64,000 bases of DNA from Welwitschia mirabilis. Its lineage: Eukaryota. Location of the stretch: contig JBOZIK010000001.1 of NCBI GenBank assembly GCA_051453625.1, forward strand, positions 24,194,844 through 24,258,843, given 5' to 3'. Position numbers and translations under genes: made by a program. How positions within the stretch are numbered: the stretch's first letter is position 1; each line of letters starts with the position of its first letter. This document shows, piece by piece, positions 26,521 to 39,579 of the stretch. Below the pieces are notes generated by a model, which did no database searches, was not told where the DNA came from, and saw only the letters and a program-made list of their open reading frames with translations.

Positions 26521-27571
26521 TGATGTACTACTAATTTGTGTATATTTGATTAAGTTTTATGAGCTATTTTGTAGGACATTTACATAGGTTTAGATACAAT
26601 TGTGTGGATTTTGGAGAATTGATGAAAGATCTCAGAAATGTGCAATTATTGACATGATTTGAGGCATTTAAGGCACATTCTGATATGCATGGCTTTGAAG
26701 GAAGATTACTGATGAAAAAGACTAACTTCTTCTCACTTAAATGAACAAAGAAGATGATTTTCCACTCTATGTCCTTACGATAGTTAGGATAACACCATCA
26801 CAAAAGCCACATTGGATGCTAACATGGATGCTAATCTAGCATTGCTGAGTCATGTTTTATAAAGGGTTGTCATATTCATAGCATCCCCATAACCAGCAAA
26901 ACAACCACTATAATGTTTTGATCGATCATCACATGATAATTAGGATGACACTGTAACTAACAACTGACCTTTATCTGTTTCATATATTTCTTTTCTATAA
27001 TGAAGCACATTTTATAGTGTCTTTTATGTGTTAGTTTTGCTTTGTAACCCTATAAATAAGACCCCCCTTTGACCCTCCTCTCCATCTTCGATGCACTGGA
27101 AATTCTTGTAAGAGGAGATCAAAGGGTGGGAGATCCATCTTGAGAGTTGTAGAAAGACTTTCCCTTGGTGGAAGGCTGTGCATCCTCTATTAAAGCCCAA
27201 CTATTTTGTAATCCATATGTTGATTCCTTATAATACAAAACTCTATCTTCATTTATGCATTTAGTTCTATTAAATGTCCCATATGTTTTATGTTTCCTTT
27301 TATCCAATGACAGTTTCATTGGTGATATAGGTCTTCAAGGCAACCTTTGTTAAGGTTAAAAGAAAGTAGTTTAGATTTATTTTGCATTTTATTTAGATTT
27401 AGTTGCATTCACATTTGCATTGCATCTTTATTTTTTGTGTTTTTATTTACTTTTGGTTATGATATTATTTGTGAAAATCAATCCTTATTCTTCTCTCATA
27501 AGTTTTTAGTGAGATATGATATTTGGATCACTTCCATTCATATTACTGTATGTATGCCAAAATATGCACTA
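26521..27571 (+). repeat. 5' LTR of the Athila-like element
   Basis: Direct repeat of 30978-32036. TATA ccctataaataagacc at ~27048. Confidence 0.85.
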
Positions 27572-28099
27572 CAATGTCTTATCGCCATTACATGGGAAGG
27601 TTGCTGAGGAGTTCAAAGATTGTCGTCATTCAGTTATTTATCCATAGCAATGTTGTATTTTAATTAGGATTTATAGGTTTTTTATTTATAGTTTTTCAGT
27701 TTTGGTTTTAGCAGCAAAATAATCGTGGTCCCCTCTATCGTCCCTGCAATAAGTAAGATGATAGTCTTTGTGTTTTTCTAGCTTTCAGTTTTTGTTTCTC
27801 TATACTTCTATTTTCTGCTTTCTATGTGTGTCATCTCCTTTATTGTCCCCACGATAGTGAAGACAATAGTTAGTTATTTTTAATTTGCTTTTCTATTATT
27901 TTATGTTTGTAGAATGCTGTATAGTTAATCCAGAAAAGAAATATCAGAGAGAAAGATTATTAATAGAGGAAAACATTAAAGAAAAACTGGTAGACTTCAA
28001 AAGTAAATTGGAAAAACAATCTCTAGGTGCATACAATATTCCTTCTGAATTTATTTTTTCTTAATCAGATCTCATTAAAGAAAAACTTGTAGAAAGAAA

Positions 28100-28800
28100 T
28101 TTAGAAGGAGAGAATCAGTTTACAATGTTGAGCACTACCCCAAAGTAAAACCAAGTTGTAGGGTCTTTAATTCCTAGTCCTAATGCAAACCTTACCCTGT
28201 GGGAATTATTAGCAAATAGGAAACGTGAAATTAAAACTCCTTTCAATTTATCCCTAGGAGATGATGTTGAGTTAAAGAACCTAAATTCCTATCTAATCTT
28301 TAGTGGTGAATACAACAAAGATCCCCTCCAACATATTGCAGACATAGAACAATTAATTCTTACCTCCAAAAATGGAAAAAAGAGGATTAGTGATAGAACA
28401 TACATGGTTATCTTTCCCATGACATTGAAGGGAAGAGCAAAACTTTGGATAAAAACTATACTCCACAAAAGATTAAAGTCTTAGAATCAAGACTAGAAAG
28501 CCTTCATTTAAAGGTTTATGAGTGAAGAAATCATTAGAAAAAGGAAAAAGAAATAAAAGACCTTTAATGACAACCAAATGAGGATTATGCTTCCACCTAT
28601 GAATGGTTTTGTATAGCAACCCACTCTAAGCTAGTAGACACTTTCACATGAGAAGAACTAATTAACTACTTTTATAGTGGGCTAAACCACAGACAAAACA
28701 ACTTATAGACTTCTCTTATCATGGAAACCTATATGTTAATCCACTTGAGATTAAAAATTTGTAAGCCATTGGTACATCCAACTTTAACCATGAATTTTTA
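28100..28800 (+). pseudogene. Retrotransposon gag pseudogene (Athila-type)
   Basis: FSGEYNKDPLQHIADIEQ, IFPMTLKGRAKLWIK, PNEDYASTYEWF and FYSGL motifs with stops/frameshifts. Confidence 0.75.
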
Positions 28801-30977
28801 AATCAAAATGAAAAAGAATAAAACCCTTAGATTGTAAGGAAGTCCAAATATTAAATGGACACTTATACCTTGAGGGAGATTGTCCATGACATGAGCCAAG
28901 GACTGAAAATCTTAGTGGACTAAAACATATTTTTCTTTGTAATGATCTTGTAATTAATGAAAATATTTTACCTAAATAAGAGTCAACATTAATATCCCCT
29001 TTAACTTCCAAAATTTGTGCTTTCATGTGGTCTCATAGAGATTTACCTTCTATCTCTCTCTTCCTCTAATTGATTCTACTAAAAAAATAATTGTATACCT
29101 TTTATGTTTTATCAATTAATGAACATTTGGTTTGGGCTTTATTTCTCTAAAAGAATGCAATATCCTTAGACCATCAAAACAAATCCTTCCTATTTCTTTC
29201 TTTTCAATAAAAGTATTAGATTTTAGGATTTGAATAAAATTTGTTTTTAGTTTGTTTTAGTATTACTTTTTATTCTTATGTGTTTATGATTTTAACTTTA
29301 ATTTTTAAGCAATAAATTAATCTGTGATTAAGTCTTTATCTTTTTGAGAAAGTACATTCTAATGGCTATATTGAGATTTCTAACTTAAACACTAAAGAAA
29401 TTTAGAAAGTTAATGGAAAAAGGTTGGAAATATATAAGCAACGTTCTGAATTTTCTCTTAGATTTTTTCTTTTGAGGCCATTATGACATTACTTGATCAT
29501 CTTTCAGACATGATTTATGCATATATTTCCATAAATTGTCTTTGACTTGGGCATTTTACAGTAGTAAGATTGGATTCAATCTTAAGACATTTACACGTCT
29601 ATGAACTTTAGTTTAAAGGAAGATGATTTATTTTTGTTTTTTTTTTTTTAATGATGAAAGAATCTTATATTGTTCAAGGATGTTCTTTTCTGTCTTCATC
29701 TTATAACTTCGCCTTTGTCTTTTCAAGTGTTTAGTCATGTGGAATGTTTTCATCTATATCATTTTTATTTTAAAAAAAAAGTGAAATAAGACCATGATAT
29801 TTTATATTTGAAAAAGCTCAAATACATGGTCATAATAATGTCCTACCACAAGTACACTGGGGTAAATTTTCCTAAAAGGAGTCTTGGCAATATAATATGG
29901 TAGCTTTGGGGACTCCACTAGGGGGTCAATTTGCTATGCTTCGTGAGTCCTTATTTTTCTAGTTGTAGCTACACTTCCTTCATCATGAATAATAAAATAA
30001 TAATAAAAAATTAAAGGCTAAGGGATCAATGGTGTTCTTGGTGTCATCAGAAGCATTACTTATTTTCTACACTCTTAGTCTTTTTACATGATCATTTTAT
30101 TTCTTAATATTTTGGTGTTTATTTTGAGATGTGAGTAGGTGAGTTCATTTTTAAGAAACTCTTTGGTCTTATCATTCATTGTTTAAAGCATTTGATTTTT
30201 AACATCGTTATAACTACTACCTTAGCAAATGAAACTTTTTATACATCAAATCATGCATTTTACAATCAAGTGATGTTATGATTTCTTTCACAGGAGTCTG
30301 CTAGGTTAAAATTTCAAGTAGGTAGGCTATCTTCTTTATGTTGCCTTATGTTTATTCTTTTTATTTTCTTTTGTTGTTGGTTAGTTATTTTAAAGACATT
30401 TCCGTATTTTCTTATCATTTTAAGATCTTAACATTTAATGCTTTTCTTGCCCAGTTTTCAATAAAGAGTTAAATTTTCTTAATAATTTTTAATGTTTATT
30501 TTTAGTCTTTTGGAGTTCTTAATGCTACTCATAATCATTTTGTAACGGAATATTTTTTGTGCTTGTCAGAATATTTTATACATCTATGTTTTTGAAATTT
30601 GACATTTCTTTACTTATCTTTGAACTTAATTTAGAAAGTTGTCCAAATTCAAAAACATCTATCATCTGCTTTCTCTCCCCTATATGCTTTCTTTACCTTA
30701 TTAACTAATATGAGATGTATTGTTTTTCTCAGGAAAGGGTAGGACCCATTTTCATAGCTCATTTTTATAACTTTTTCAAGTTATTTCAAAGCTTTCATGA
30801 GACATAATTTTGAAATTTTCATACACATGATGTGTAAATTATTATTTTGCTATGTGATTTGTTTTATGAGCTTGTTTTATAATTTTTGGATTGATGTTTT
30901 TAAAAACAAATTTACTTGCATTTGTGATTTTTTATTTAGTTTTTGTTAGGGACTGACAAAGGCTAAGTGGGAGGCTA

Positions 30978-32036
30978 TAATGCGCTACTGATTTATGTGT
31001 ATTTGGCAGGGTTTATGAGTTGTTTTATAGGACATTTACATAGGTTTAGATGCAATTCTAAGAATTTCGAAGAATTGATAGAAGATCTCAAAAATGTGCA
31101 ATTCTTGGCATTATTTGAGGCATTTAAGGCATATTATGATACACATAACTTTGCAGGATGATTACTGATGAAAAGGGCTAGCTTCTTCTCACTTAGATGA
31201 ATAAAGAAGATGATCATTCCCTCTATCATCCCCACAGAAGTTAAGACGATGACACTATATAAGTCACATTGGATGCTAACATGGATGCTAAGTTGACACT
31301 AGTGAGTCATGTTTTATAAAGGGTTATCATATTCATGGTCATTGCCATGACTAGCAGGAAGACCACTATAATGATTTGATCCATCATCCCCTTGATCGTT
31401 CCCATAACAACTAGGACAATACTATAACTAACAACTGACCTTTGTCCATTTTGTCTATTTCTTTTTTGTAATGGAGTGCATTTTGTAGCACCTTTTGTGT
31501 GTCAGTTTTACTTTATAACCCTATAAATAAGACCCGCCTTTAACGCTCCTCTCCATTTTTGATGCACTGAAAATTCTCGTGACAGAAGATCGAAGGGTAG
31601 GGGATTCATTTTGAGAGTTATAGAAAGACATTCCCTTGGTGGATGGCTATGCATCCTTCATTGAGACTTGGTTGTTTTGTAACACAGATGTTAATTCCTT
31701 TTAATACAAAACTTTGTTTTCATTTGTGCATTTAGTTCTGTTAGATGTCCCTTATGTTTCCCTTGATCTGATGACAGTTTCATTGATGATATAGGTCTTA
31801 AGGGCAGCCTTTTTTAAGACTTAAAGAAAGTAGTTTAGATTCATTTTCATTTCATTTAGATTTAGTTGCATTTGCATTTGCATTGCATCTTTATTTTCTG
31901 CATTGTTCATTACTTTTGGTTATATGGTATTCCTTGTGATAATCAATGCTTCTTTTCCTCTCATAAATATTTAACGAGATACGACATTTGAGTCACTTCC
32001 ATTTACACTAGTGTGTGTATGAAAAAGAAAACATTA
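30978..32036 (+). repeat. 3' LTR of the Athila-like element
   Basis: Direct repeat of 26521-27571, preceded by the PPT. Confidence 0.85.
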
Positions 32037-34237
32037 ATAAAGCTAAGAGTTTGGGCTACACATCTCTAGGATTATTATGTAGACAAACCTAATGTTTATG
32101 CTTGAAATGCAAGAATAATGGTCTAAATATTAATAAATGGTATATAAAAATAATTAAAAAAATTAAAGTTAACTATAAATCATATATAGTATTTAAAATA
32201 ACTAGATACTTACATTATATAATTTTCTATAATTATTAAAATTATTTATAAATTTTCTTAACTTTTAAAAGGCATTAAAACTAAAAATTCCTAATTAATT
32301 ATTTAAAAATGTAAAAATAAAGTAGACTCACTTTTCTTAAACTAGACTCATCATATTATACCTAACAATTAATTTTATTAAATTTAAATTAGTATAGACA
32401 CATTTTATAGGGTTAAACTTTGGTTATAAAAACTACCTAAATTTTGGAGTTGCTAAAATACTAAAATGGCCATAACTCTTAATATACTGAGAGTTTTTAA
32501 ATGTATAAATACTTTATAAAAATATTATTAAATTATCTTCAGGTTGGACTATTTAATTTTTACCCAAAACTTTCTATTAACTTTGAAACTAAGACTTTTT
32601 GCTTACTATTTTTGCTTGTAATTTTTGAGTTATTCTTATAAAATAAATTTTAAAAATNNNNNNNNNNNNNNNNNNNNNNNNNNNNNNNNNNNNNNNNNNN
32701 NNNNNNNNNNNNNNNNNNNNNNNNNNNNNNNNNNNNNNNNNNNNNNNNNNNNNNNNNNNNNNNNNNNNNNNNNNNNNNNNNNNNNNNNNNNNNNNNNNNN
32801 NNNNNNNNNNNNNNNNNNNNNNNNNNNNNNNNNNNNNNNNNNNNNNNNNNNTAAAAATTAATAAATTAACTAAAAATTTATAATAAAAATTAGTACTAAA
32901 AATGTATAAACTACAATTATAAGCAATATAAACTCAACTTTTAGTAATAAATAATGCATCAAATACCATGAATCTTAGGTTTTTTCAAGAAGGAGTGCCT
33001 AGCCTAAATGGATTTTGAGGATTAGAATCATTAATCATAATAAGAACTCTATTGCCAAACTAATCTAAAATGCATTTTAAAAATAANNNNNNNNNNNNNN
33101 NNNNNNNNNNNNNNNNNNNNNNNNAACTTCTTCATCACTTAGCCAAAATATCCATTGGACACATAGAAGCTAAGCATGTTAAGAGGTCCCTCAACTCTCT
33201 TACTTATCTTACTCTATGTCAAATGGGAGGCAAAGTTATTCATAGGTAGCCTAATCAACTAAGCATGTAAAGAGATTCCTTAAATCTCTTCCTCATCTTA
33301 GTCTTAGTTACTAGAAGTGATAATGTTAATGCTACATTAATATTATAATTATAGGCATAGGCCTAATGCAAGAAATGGAGTTAAAATTTCTATGAAAGAA
33401 GAACCTACTTGAAGGGCAAAAGATTAATAATCCTTGAAGAATTAATGAATTTATAAGCTTCAGAATTCTAGCTCCAACCTTCCAAGCTTTAAGCTCCAAG
33501 CTCCAAGTTATAAGATTCAAGATCCAACTTCACACTCAAGAGGATGAAAGATTGAGAATAAATTTTAGTAGCATAAACTTGCTTGAAGAATATTAGCTTG
33601 AGAAGAAAGAAGAGGGCTCTGTTTATAGATGAATAATGTACCAAAAGTTTTTAATGTTATTACTGAAAGACCATCCACATAATGTTGCCCATAAAATAAA
33701 GAAATCCCTTTTATTATATAAGATTGTTCAAAGACAAGTTTATGTGTATAGAAGTGATATTGATATACGAATGAGAGTTAATAAGATTTATCAATAATAT
33801 GTTGTAAAAACTTGTGTAAGAAGTGGAAGTGATATGTAAATGACAAAAAGAAGTTTATTTATGACTCATGGACCTAATTGGAGCAAATAATTTTCTTGCT
33901 TTAATTAGTAAAATTATTTACATACATCATTTTCTCATGCTAGTTCCTTCTTAATCCTTTATAAGCCTATAACGAATCCCAAACATATTTTAAACAATGT
34001 GTAGAATGTATTGGAAGAACAAATGCACCAATTTCAAAATTGTCATATAACACAATAAGAAAAAAAATATTTTATGCATAAAGTAATTCCACAAATATCA
34101 ATGAGGATAAAAGCCATGGAAGAATAAATTCTACTCATTTATTCTTTTTGGCTTATAAGTAAGAGTGCATGTTCTTATTCACATGTTTACATTCTTCATG
34201 GTCTATCACATCAACAACACAAATCATAAGAAAGAAA

Positions 34238-34378
34238 TGTTATAATTGAATGTAAAAAAAAGGTCATAATTAAATGTAATAAAAATATCATAGTTGAATG
34301 TAAGAAATTGTCATATTTAAACATAATACTCTTACTTTTACCTACTTATAATTCTTTTACTTTTACCTAGTAATTCTA
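34238..34378. repeat. Short degenerate tandem repeats (~24-bp unit x4; ~25-bp unit x2)
   Basis: Repeated tcata.ttgaatgtaa-type units, then cttttacttttaccta-type units. Confidence 0.55.
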
Positions 34379-36215
34379 GTTTTTTCTTTTATTTTTAGAT
34401 TTGAATAAGGCACATGGATAAATGATTAAAATAAATATATTACATGTCATTTTTGTAGACATCTTATTATTATTTTACACCTTTACGTGAATTTATTTCA
34501 ATTTGACTATTAAACCATATCAATGAAATGCCTTATCTTAAATGGGTTTATTTAGTATTAATGGTTGGATATCCTTGGTTTATTAATTTATTTTCCTATT
34601 AGATTTATCATAATTGTTATTATTATTTTAAAATAATAAAATTATCCAACACTAAGATTAATTAATTAAGTAACCTTATGAGTACCTGTAATTCAAAATA
34701 TATATCTTTGATATAAGAAATATAATACGTTATTAATTATAAAGCTACACATTGATCCTCATACACTTTAAATTAAAGAAAAGAAGGGTATTTATTTGAT
34801 ATCAAAATGTCTATTATCTTTACTAATTAAAGATCACAAAATATGAGGTATCACATGTCCAACCCTAAATTACAAGATTTATAATTATATCAATAATATG
34901 AAAACAAGATAAATAACATTTGCAAATCAAAAGGAAGGAGGGGGAAGAAAATTCTAAAAGTACTTACTTATTAAAACACAAAAAGGATTAATGTTTAAAA
35001 TAAAAAGAAACAATCAATGGTGGTTATTTATATTGAAGTGTGGATAGAGAGATCAATAGTTATAGGAAACTAAAGTATTACTAACTTAGTATGCCAAAAA
35101 TTATAAGAGGTAATTAAGCTTCAAATGGACCTTATCTACCTATGATTTAATTTGAAAGATAACATGATAAATAATATGAACCTTCTTAACATGAAAGAAA
35201 TTTATGTAAGCATCTTTTCATGGAAAACTAAATCATAGTAATGTTTTCACATTTGATATAAAATAATAGGATAAATATACTTTCAAAGAAAAAGCTAAGT
35301 AAGAGATAGACTAGATGCATTACCAAAGAAAATCTCTTTTTAATGTGCCTTACAACCTTTTAGAGCCTTTATTCCATGCAACAAATTAAAGTTTCATATT
35401 TTCATTTATAAGAAATATTCTGTTTTTTTTAAGTCTTTTACCTAAATCACAAGAGGGGTAAGCTACTAGAGACAATATCAAATGAAGTAAATAAAGCTAT
35501 AAAAAATGCTACAATGTAAGAGATACCAAAGAAAATGCTTCACTTTAGGAAGAATTGGCAATTTCTAAGTTGAATAAAAATAATCTATCTAAGCATGTTT
35601 TGAACCACCCACATTCCATCAATGATCATGTCGAGGAGTAATAATGTAAAAAAATAGAGAATATTATAGGATTTTTTTAACTTTAAAAGGTAATACATAT
35701 GATTAATCCATTCAATTAAAAGAAATTCATATGGATTTCCATTATTAATTAGCTAGAGATTATGTTTTCAAAAAGGTTACAACTTGAAATAAGTAATATG
35801 CATTATTGTAAATAAGCCATAGAACATTTGAAAGTTTATTCACTATATTCATTATCCTTGAAAATGAATATAGCTTGAATAAATAATAATTTTTCATCTT
35901 GAGGCTAACTTAGATGAATGACATGCTAGTGGACCATCATGTAAAAGAAGCTTTCATCAATTTCATTCTTTAAGCGTTAATCGAAAAAGTGTAATATCTT
36001 ATCAATTCATAAGATAATGAATGAATGTCCATGTCTTTAAGATGCTTTAAAAAACATGAGTAATTATTATTTTAATTTCATGTGAAAATGCTATCCAATT
36101 CATAGAATGTATATTTTTTTAAATGAATTAATGTTTACAAAAGACCTTAGTTAATTTCTTTAATAGTAAAGAATCAATAAAACTAGATTATTAACTACTG
36201 GTATAATTTAATTTC

Positions 36216-37705
36216 TGTGGGATTGAGAACCCTAAAAGAGGGGGGGTGAATAGGATTTTAAAAATTTATTGAATAATCTTCATAATAAAAAATACTTTTC
36301 TTGAAAAAGAATCACTGAAAACTTGTGTATGAAAACTAAAAGTATTCTGAAAAATGAAAGCAATAGAAAGCACAAAAATACCAATCAGAAGTACACAAGT
36401 TTTATAGTGGTTTGGGAAAACCCCTACCCCACTCTTGGTGATCAGCTTCTCAGTAAGCTTGANNNNNNNNNNATCTAGATCTCTGTTAATCTCTTCCAAG
36501 TATTGCAAGTTCACCTGTAACCTTTACAAACAGACTTTTCTAAAGGCTTAGTCTCAACCTTTTGTAAGAAAGCATAGTAATGAGGATAGTATGCCCAAAT
36601 GCAAAAGTATCACTTGATTTTTGGCTCAATAAAAGTAATTAAGCACTTTTCCTGAAGATGATAAAATCTAGAAATAAAGAAGTGTACAGATCTAACTTTG
36701 TATGTAAAGATACCACAGTTCTTGACTCACCTTTAGTCAAGAATGCAATGTTGAAAGAGTGCAATGATAAATCCATAAGATTCAAAAGTTTAATAAAAGG
36801 TATGATAGTGATTTAACTCTTAGCTATATATAGTGGAAGAATTTTAGAATTTTTACAAGTGAAAAAGCTCTTTTAATGGACATAAAATAAATACATAATG
36901 GCTATAGAATTTGTGTTTCTGTCACAGCTAGTTAACCCCTTAAATGTTCAGTCGACCCCTCCTGGTGCTATCACTTAAACAAGTTGTCCTTGTGTTATTT
37001 TTGGTCAATCTAGTTTCTTACAGCTCCATGTCTAGTTAGCCACTCATCTGGTCACCCACATATTTATCTGATCATCCACTTGGTCCTAAAAAAATCCATT
37101 AGTTTTCCTACTCCAAATTTGGTTAATCCCTTAGGAATTTGATCGACCCATTGCTAAGTGGCTGTGAAGTATTGATGCTCACTTCTTAGATCCAGTCAAG
37201 CCCTTAGGTGTTCGATTGATCACTTGACGATCGACTAGGAAGTACNNNNNNNNNNNNNNNNNNNNNNNNNNNNNNNNNNNNNNNNNNNNNNNNNNNNNNN
37301 NNNNNNNNNNNNNNNNNNNNNNNNNNNNNNNNNNNNNNNNNNNNNTACTAGGTGCATAGTTCTCAGGTCTAGTCAACCACTCAAATATCCAATTAACCTT
37401 TTGATGATCAGTTTAGAAGTACTGGTGCACAAGTTCACAGGTCTAGTCAACCCCTTAATTGTCTGGTTGACCCCTCTAAATTTGGTTTATTTCTGAGTGT
37501 TCACTTTAGGTGCGGTCGACCCCTTAGAAGTTTGCTCAACTCCTCAAGAGGGTTACAAAACTTAATAGGTTTTAAGATCAAAATGTGACAAACATTACTT
37601 CAGCTTCTAAATTACAAGTGATTAATATTTGTTACATAAGATGCAACAAATTTCGCTACACAGAAAATATTAGTTTAACATAAATTGATAAATAATAATT
37701 CAATA
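36216..37705 (-). repeat. 3' LTR of the minus-strand SIRE-like element
   Basis: tgtgggat.gagaa.cct..agggggg.gtgaatagg... to ...ttcaata; direct repeat of 44349-45736. Confidence 0.9.
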
Positions 37706-38186
37706 ATTACCTCCTTTGACATTGATGGAAAACCTTTTTTCTTAGTTGAGAAAATTATATTTAGAAAAACTCCCCCTTAAAAAATACCTATTAACTTCTG
37801 CAAAATATTAAACCTTTTATATCAAGTTAGACATTTTGATAAGTTCTCAAATTATGCCAAAGTTTAAAGATAATTTGAAGTGCCAAAATATATATGATAG
37901 ACAATATTTTAATTATTAATTATTGAATAGCCATAATATATACCAAAGTTTTTAGTTCATAATAAAAATAGATGTGCACTAAAAAATTTGAGAAACAAAT
38001 TATAGAGCATAAGAACAAGTGCATTTCTATTACTGAAAGATGAATATTACAATAAACAATGCTCATCAAGAGAAGATATATTTGAAAGCAACATAAACAA
38101 CTAACTAATTCTCCCTTTTTTGACATTAATAACAAAGAAGAGAAGAAACACAAGCATGAGAAACAAACATAATCATATAAAGAGAT

Positions 38187-39242
38187 CTAGTCAGATTCCT
38201 CTACTTTCTCGTCTTCTGATTCTTCTTCTGATTCTTATTCTTCTTTTTCTTCCTCTTCTTTGACTGCCTTTAACACTGAGATTTCAGCTTTCTCTGAAGT
38301 GTCAGTAATCTCATACCCAGCTACAACTAGAGCTTCTTTCATGTGCCTCGTATGAGAGTTAATCTGCCTCAGATATGAAATAGTCTCGTTTAGTGAGGCT
38401 TACTTAGGAGAAGGAGATTTAAAGAATTTCTTAGATCCAAAAAAGATATGCATGTGAGATAACATTGCACATCTAATGGGTGACATGGATTGAAGGGTTT
38501 CAATCTTCAAGTGAAAACTGACTCGATAATAATAACACATATTTACAATTAACATAGAGTAGGGTAAAGCCCTAATTTTGTAATACTCTAACTAAGAAAC
38601 CATATTCTTTAGTATAATGACAAGGGCATCAATGGAATACCTAATTCCTAACAAGTACATTAAATATGTCCTATATTTGGAGGCCTCATCAAGATGACTC
38701 ATCAAAGGGAAGAAATTATAGGTAAAAACTAAGTGAAGAAACATGTACTTTGGGCTAAGCAAAGAAGTAGAAATAGTGTGCTTTTAGCTATGGAACTTAT
38801 CACAAATCTTCCATGTGACTTCTTCTTTATCTTCCATGGAGTCACGAGGAGGCCAAAAATCTTTATAGTCTCCTCTTAAAAGTTCAATAATAGCCGCAAT
38901 AAAGTTAGCATTTACTTTCATCTTCTTCTCCAAAGCTAGGGTTTCTAGGATACCAGTGTAAAGATCCTAAGNNNNNNNNNNNNNNNNNNNNNNNNNNNNN
39001 NNNNNNNNNNNNNNNNNNNNNNNNNNNNNNNNNNNNNNNNNNNNNNNNNNNNNNNNNAGCTAAATCATATCTCTGAGCTTTCTAAGCTATGAAATAGTAA
39101 CATATCTTTCCTAGAACACTGGTTTCTTCTCAAACTTCTTAGTGAACTTATCTTAATCATCTTTAGATATTTCCTAGTAGAAATAAAAAATATTTCTACT
39201 AGCAACCTCCCTTGTCATTCTTCTAGAAGGTCCCTTAGACAT
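38187..39242 (-). pseudogene. Extra 3' env-like ORF of the SIRE-like element (disrupted)
   Basis: Collinear with 54083-55109 (e.g. YLRQINSHTRHMKEALVVAGYEI vs YLRRIDSHTRHMKESLIAAGYEI). Acidic C-terminus. Confidence 0.75.
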
Positions 39243-39579
39243 TGCAACCACTTGGCAGGAGCTTGAAGATAAGAAAAATCTAAGAAAAGCACTAGATTTA
39301 AAGGAGAAAGATGACTAGAAGATAATGAAAAGGGTTTGGACTCCACTTGTTTTAAAGAGAAGGCTGATTAGGTTTATTTTAGTAAAGGAATCGGGTTCAC
39401 CAATGTAACTTATACACTGTGATCCTATAGGTCTAGTTAATTGGTTTGAGTTTTTGTCAATCCATTGAGACATGGGTCTACAATACTATTAGGGTCTAGG
39501 CAACCAGGCTTTTAGGCCAGTTGACTGATCACATCTAGTTAACCGAATTATAGATTTAGTCGACTACCTTGTAATGAGC

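Larger units (their letters stand above)
26521..32036 (+). mobile_element. Athila-like Ty3/Gypsy LTR element, internally deleted (gag plus integrase tail only)
   Basis: ~1.05-kb LTRs at 26521-~27571 and 30978-32036 (tgatg...catta). TSD gtaaa/ataaa. Decayed tRNA-Asp-like PBS ttatcgccattacatggga (~27579). Athila-like tagggac...aagtgggagg PPT region (30947-30974). Confidence 0.85.

Noticed and set aside
32040..36210. Possible further LTR or DNA-transposon relics (direct repeat at ~33170/33259, minus-strand TATA-like site at ~33625)
   Set aside because: No termini, TSD or protein motifs I could support, and gaps interrupt the region.
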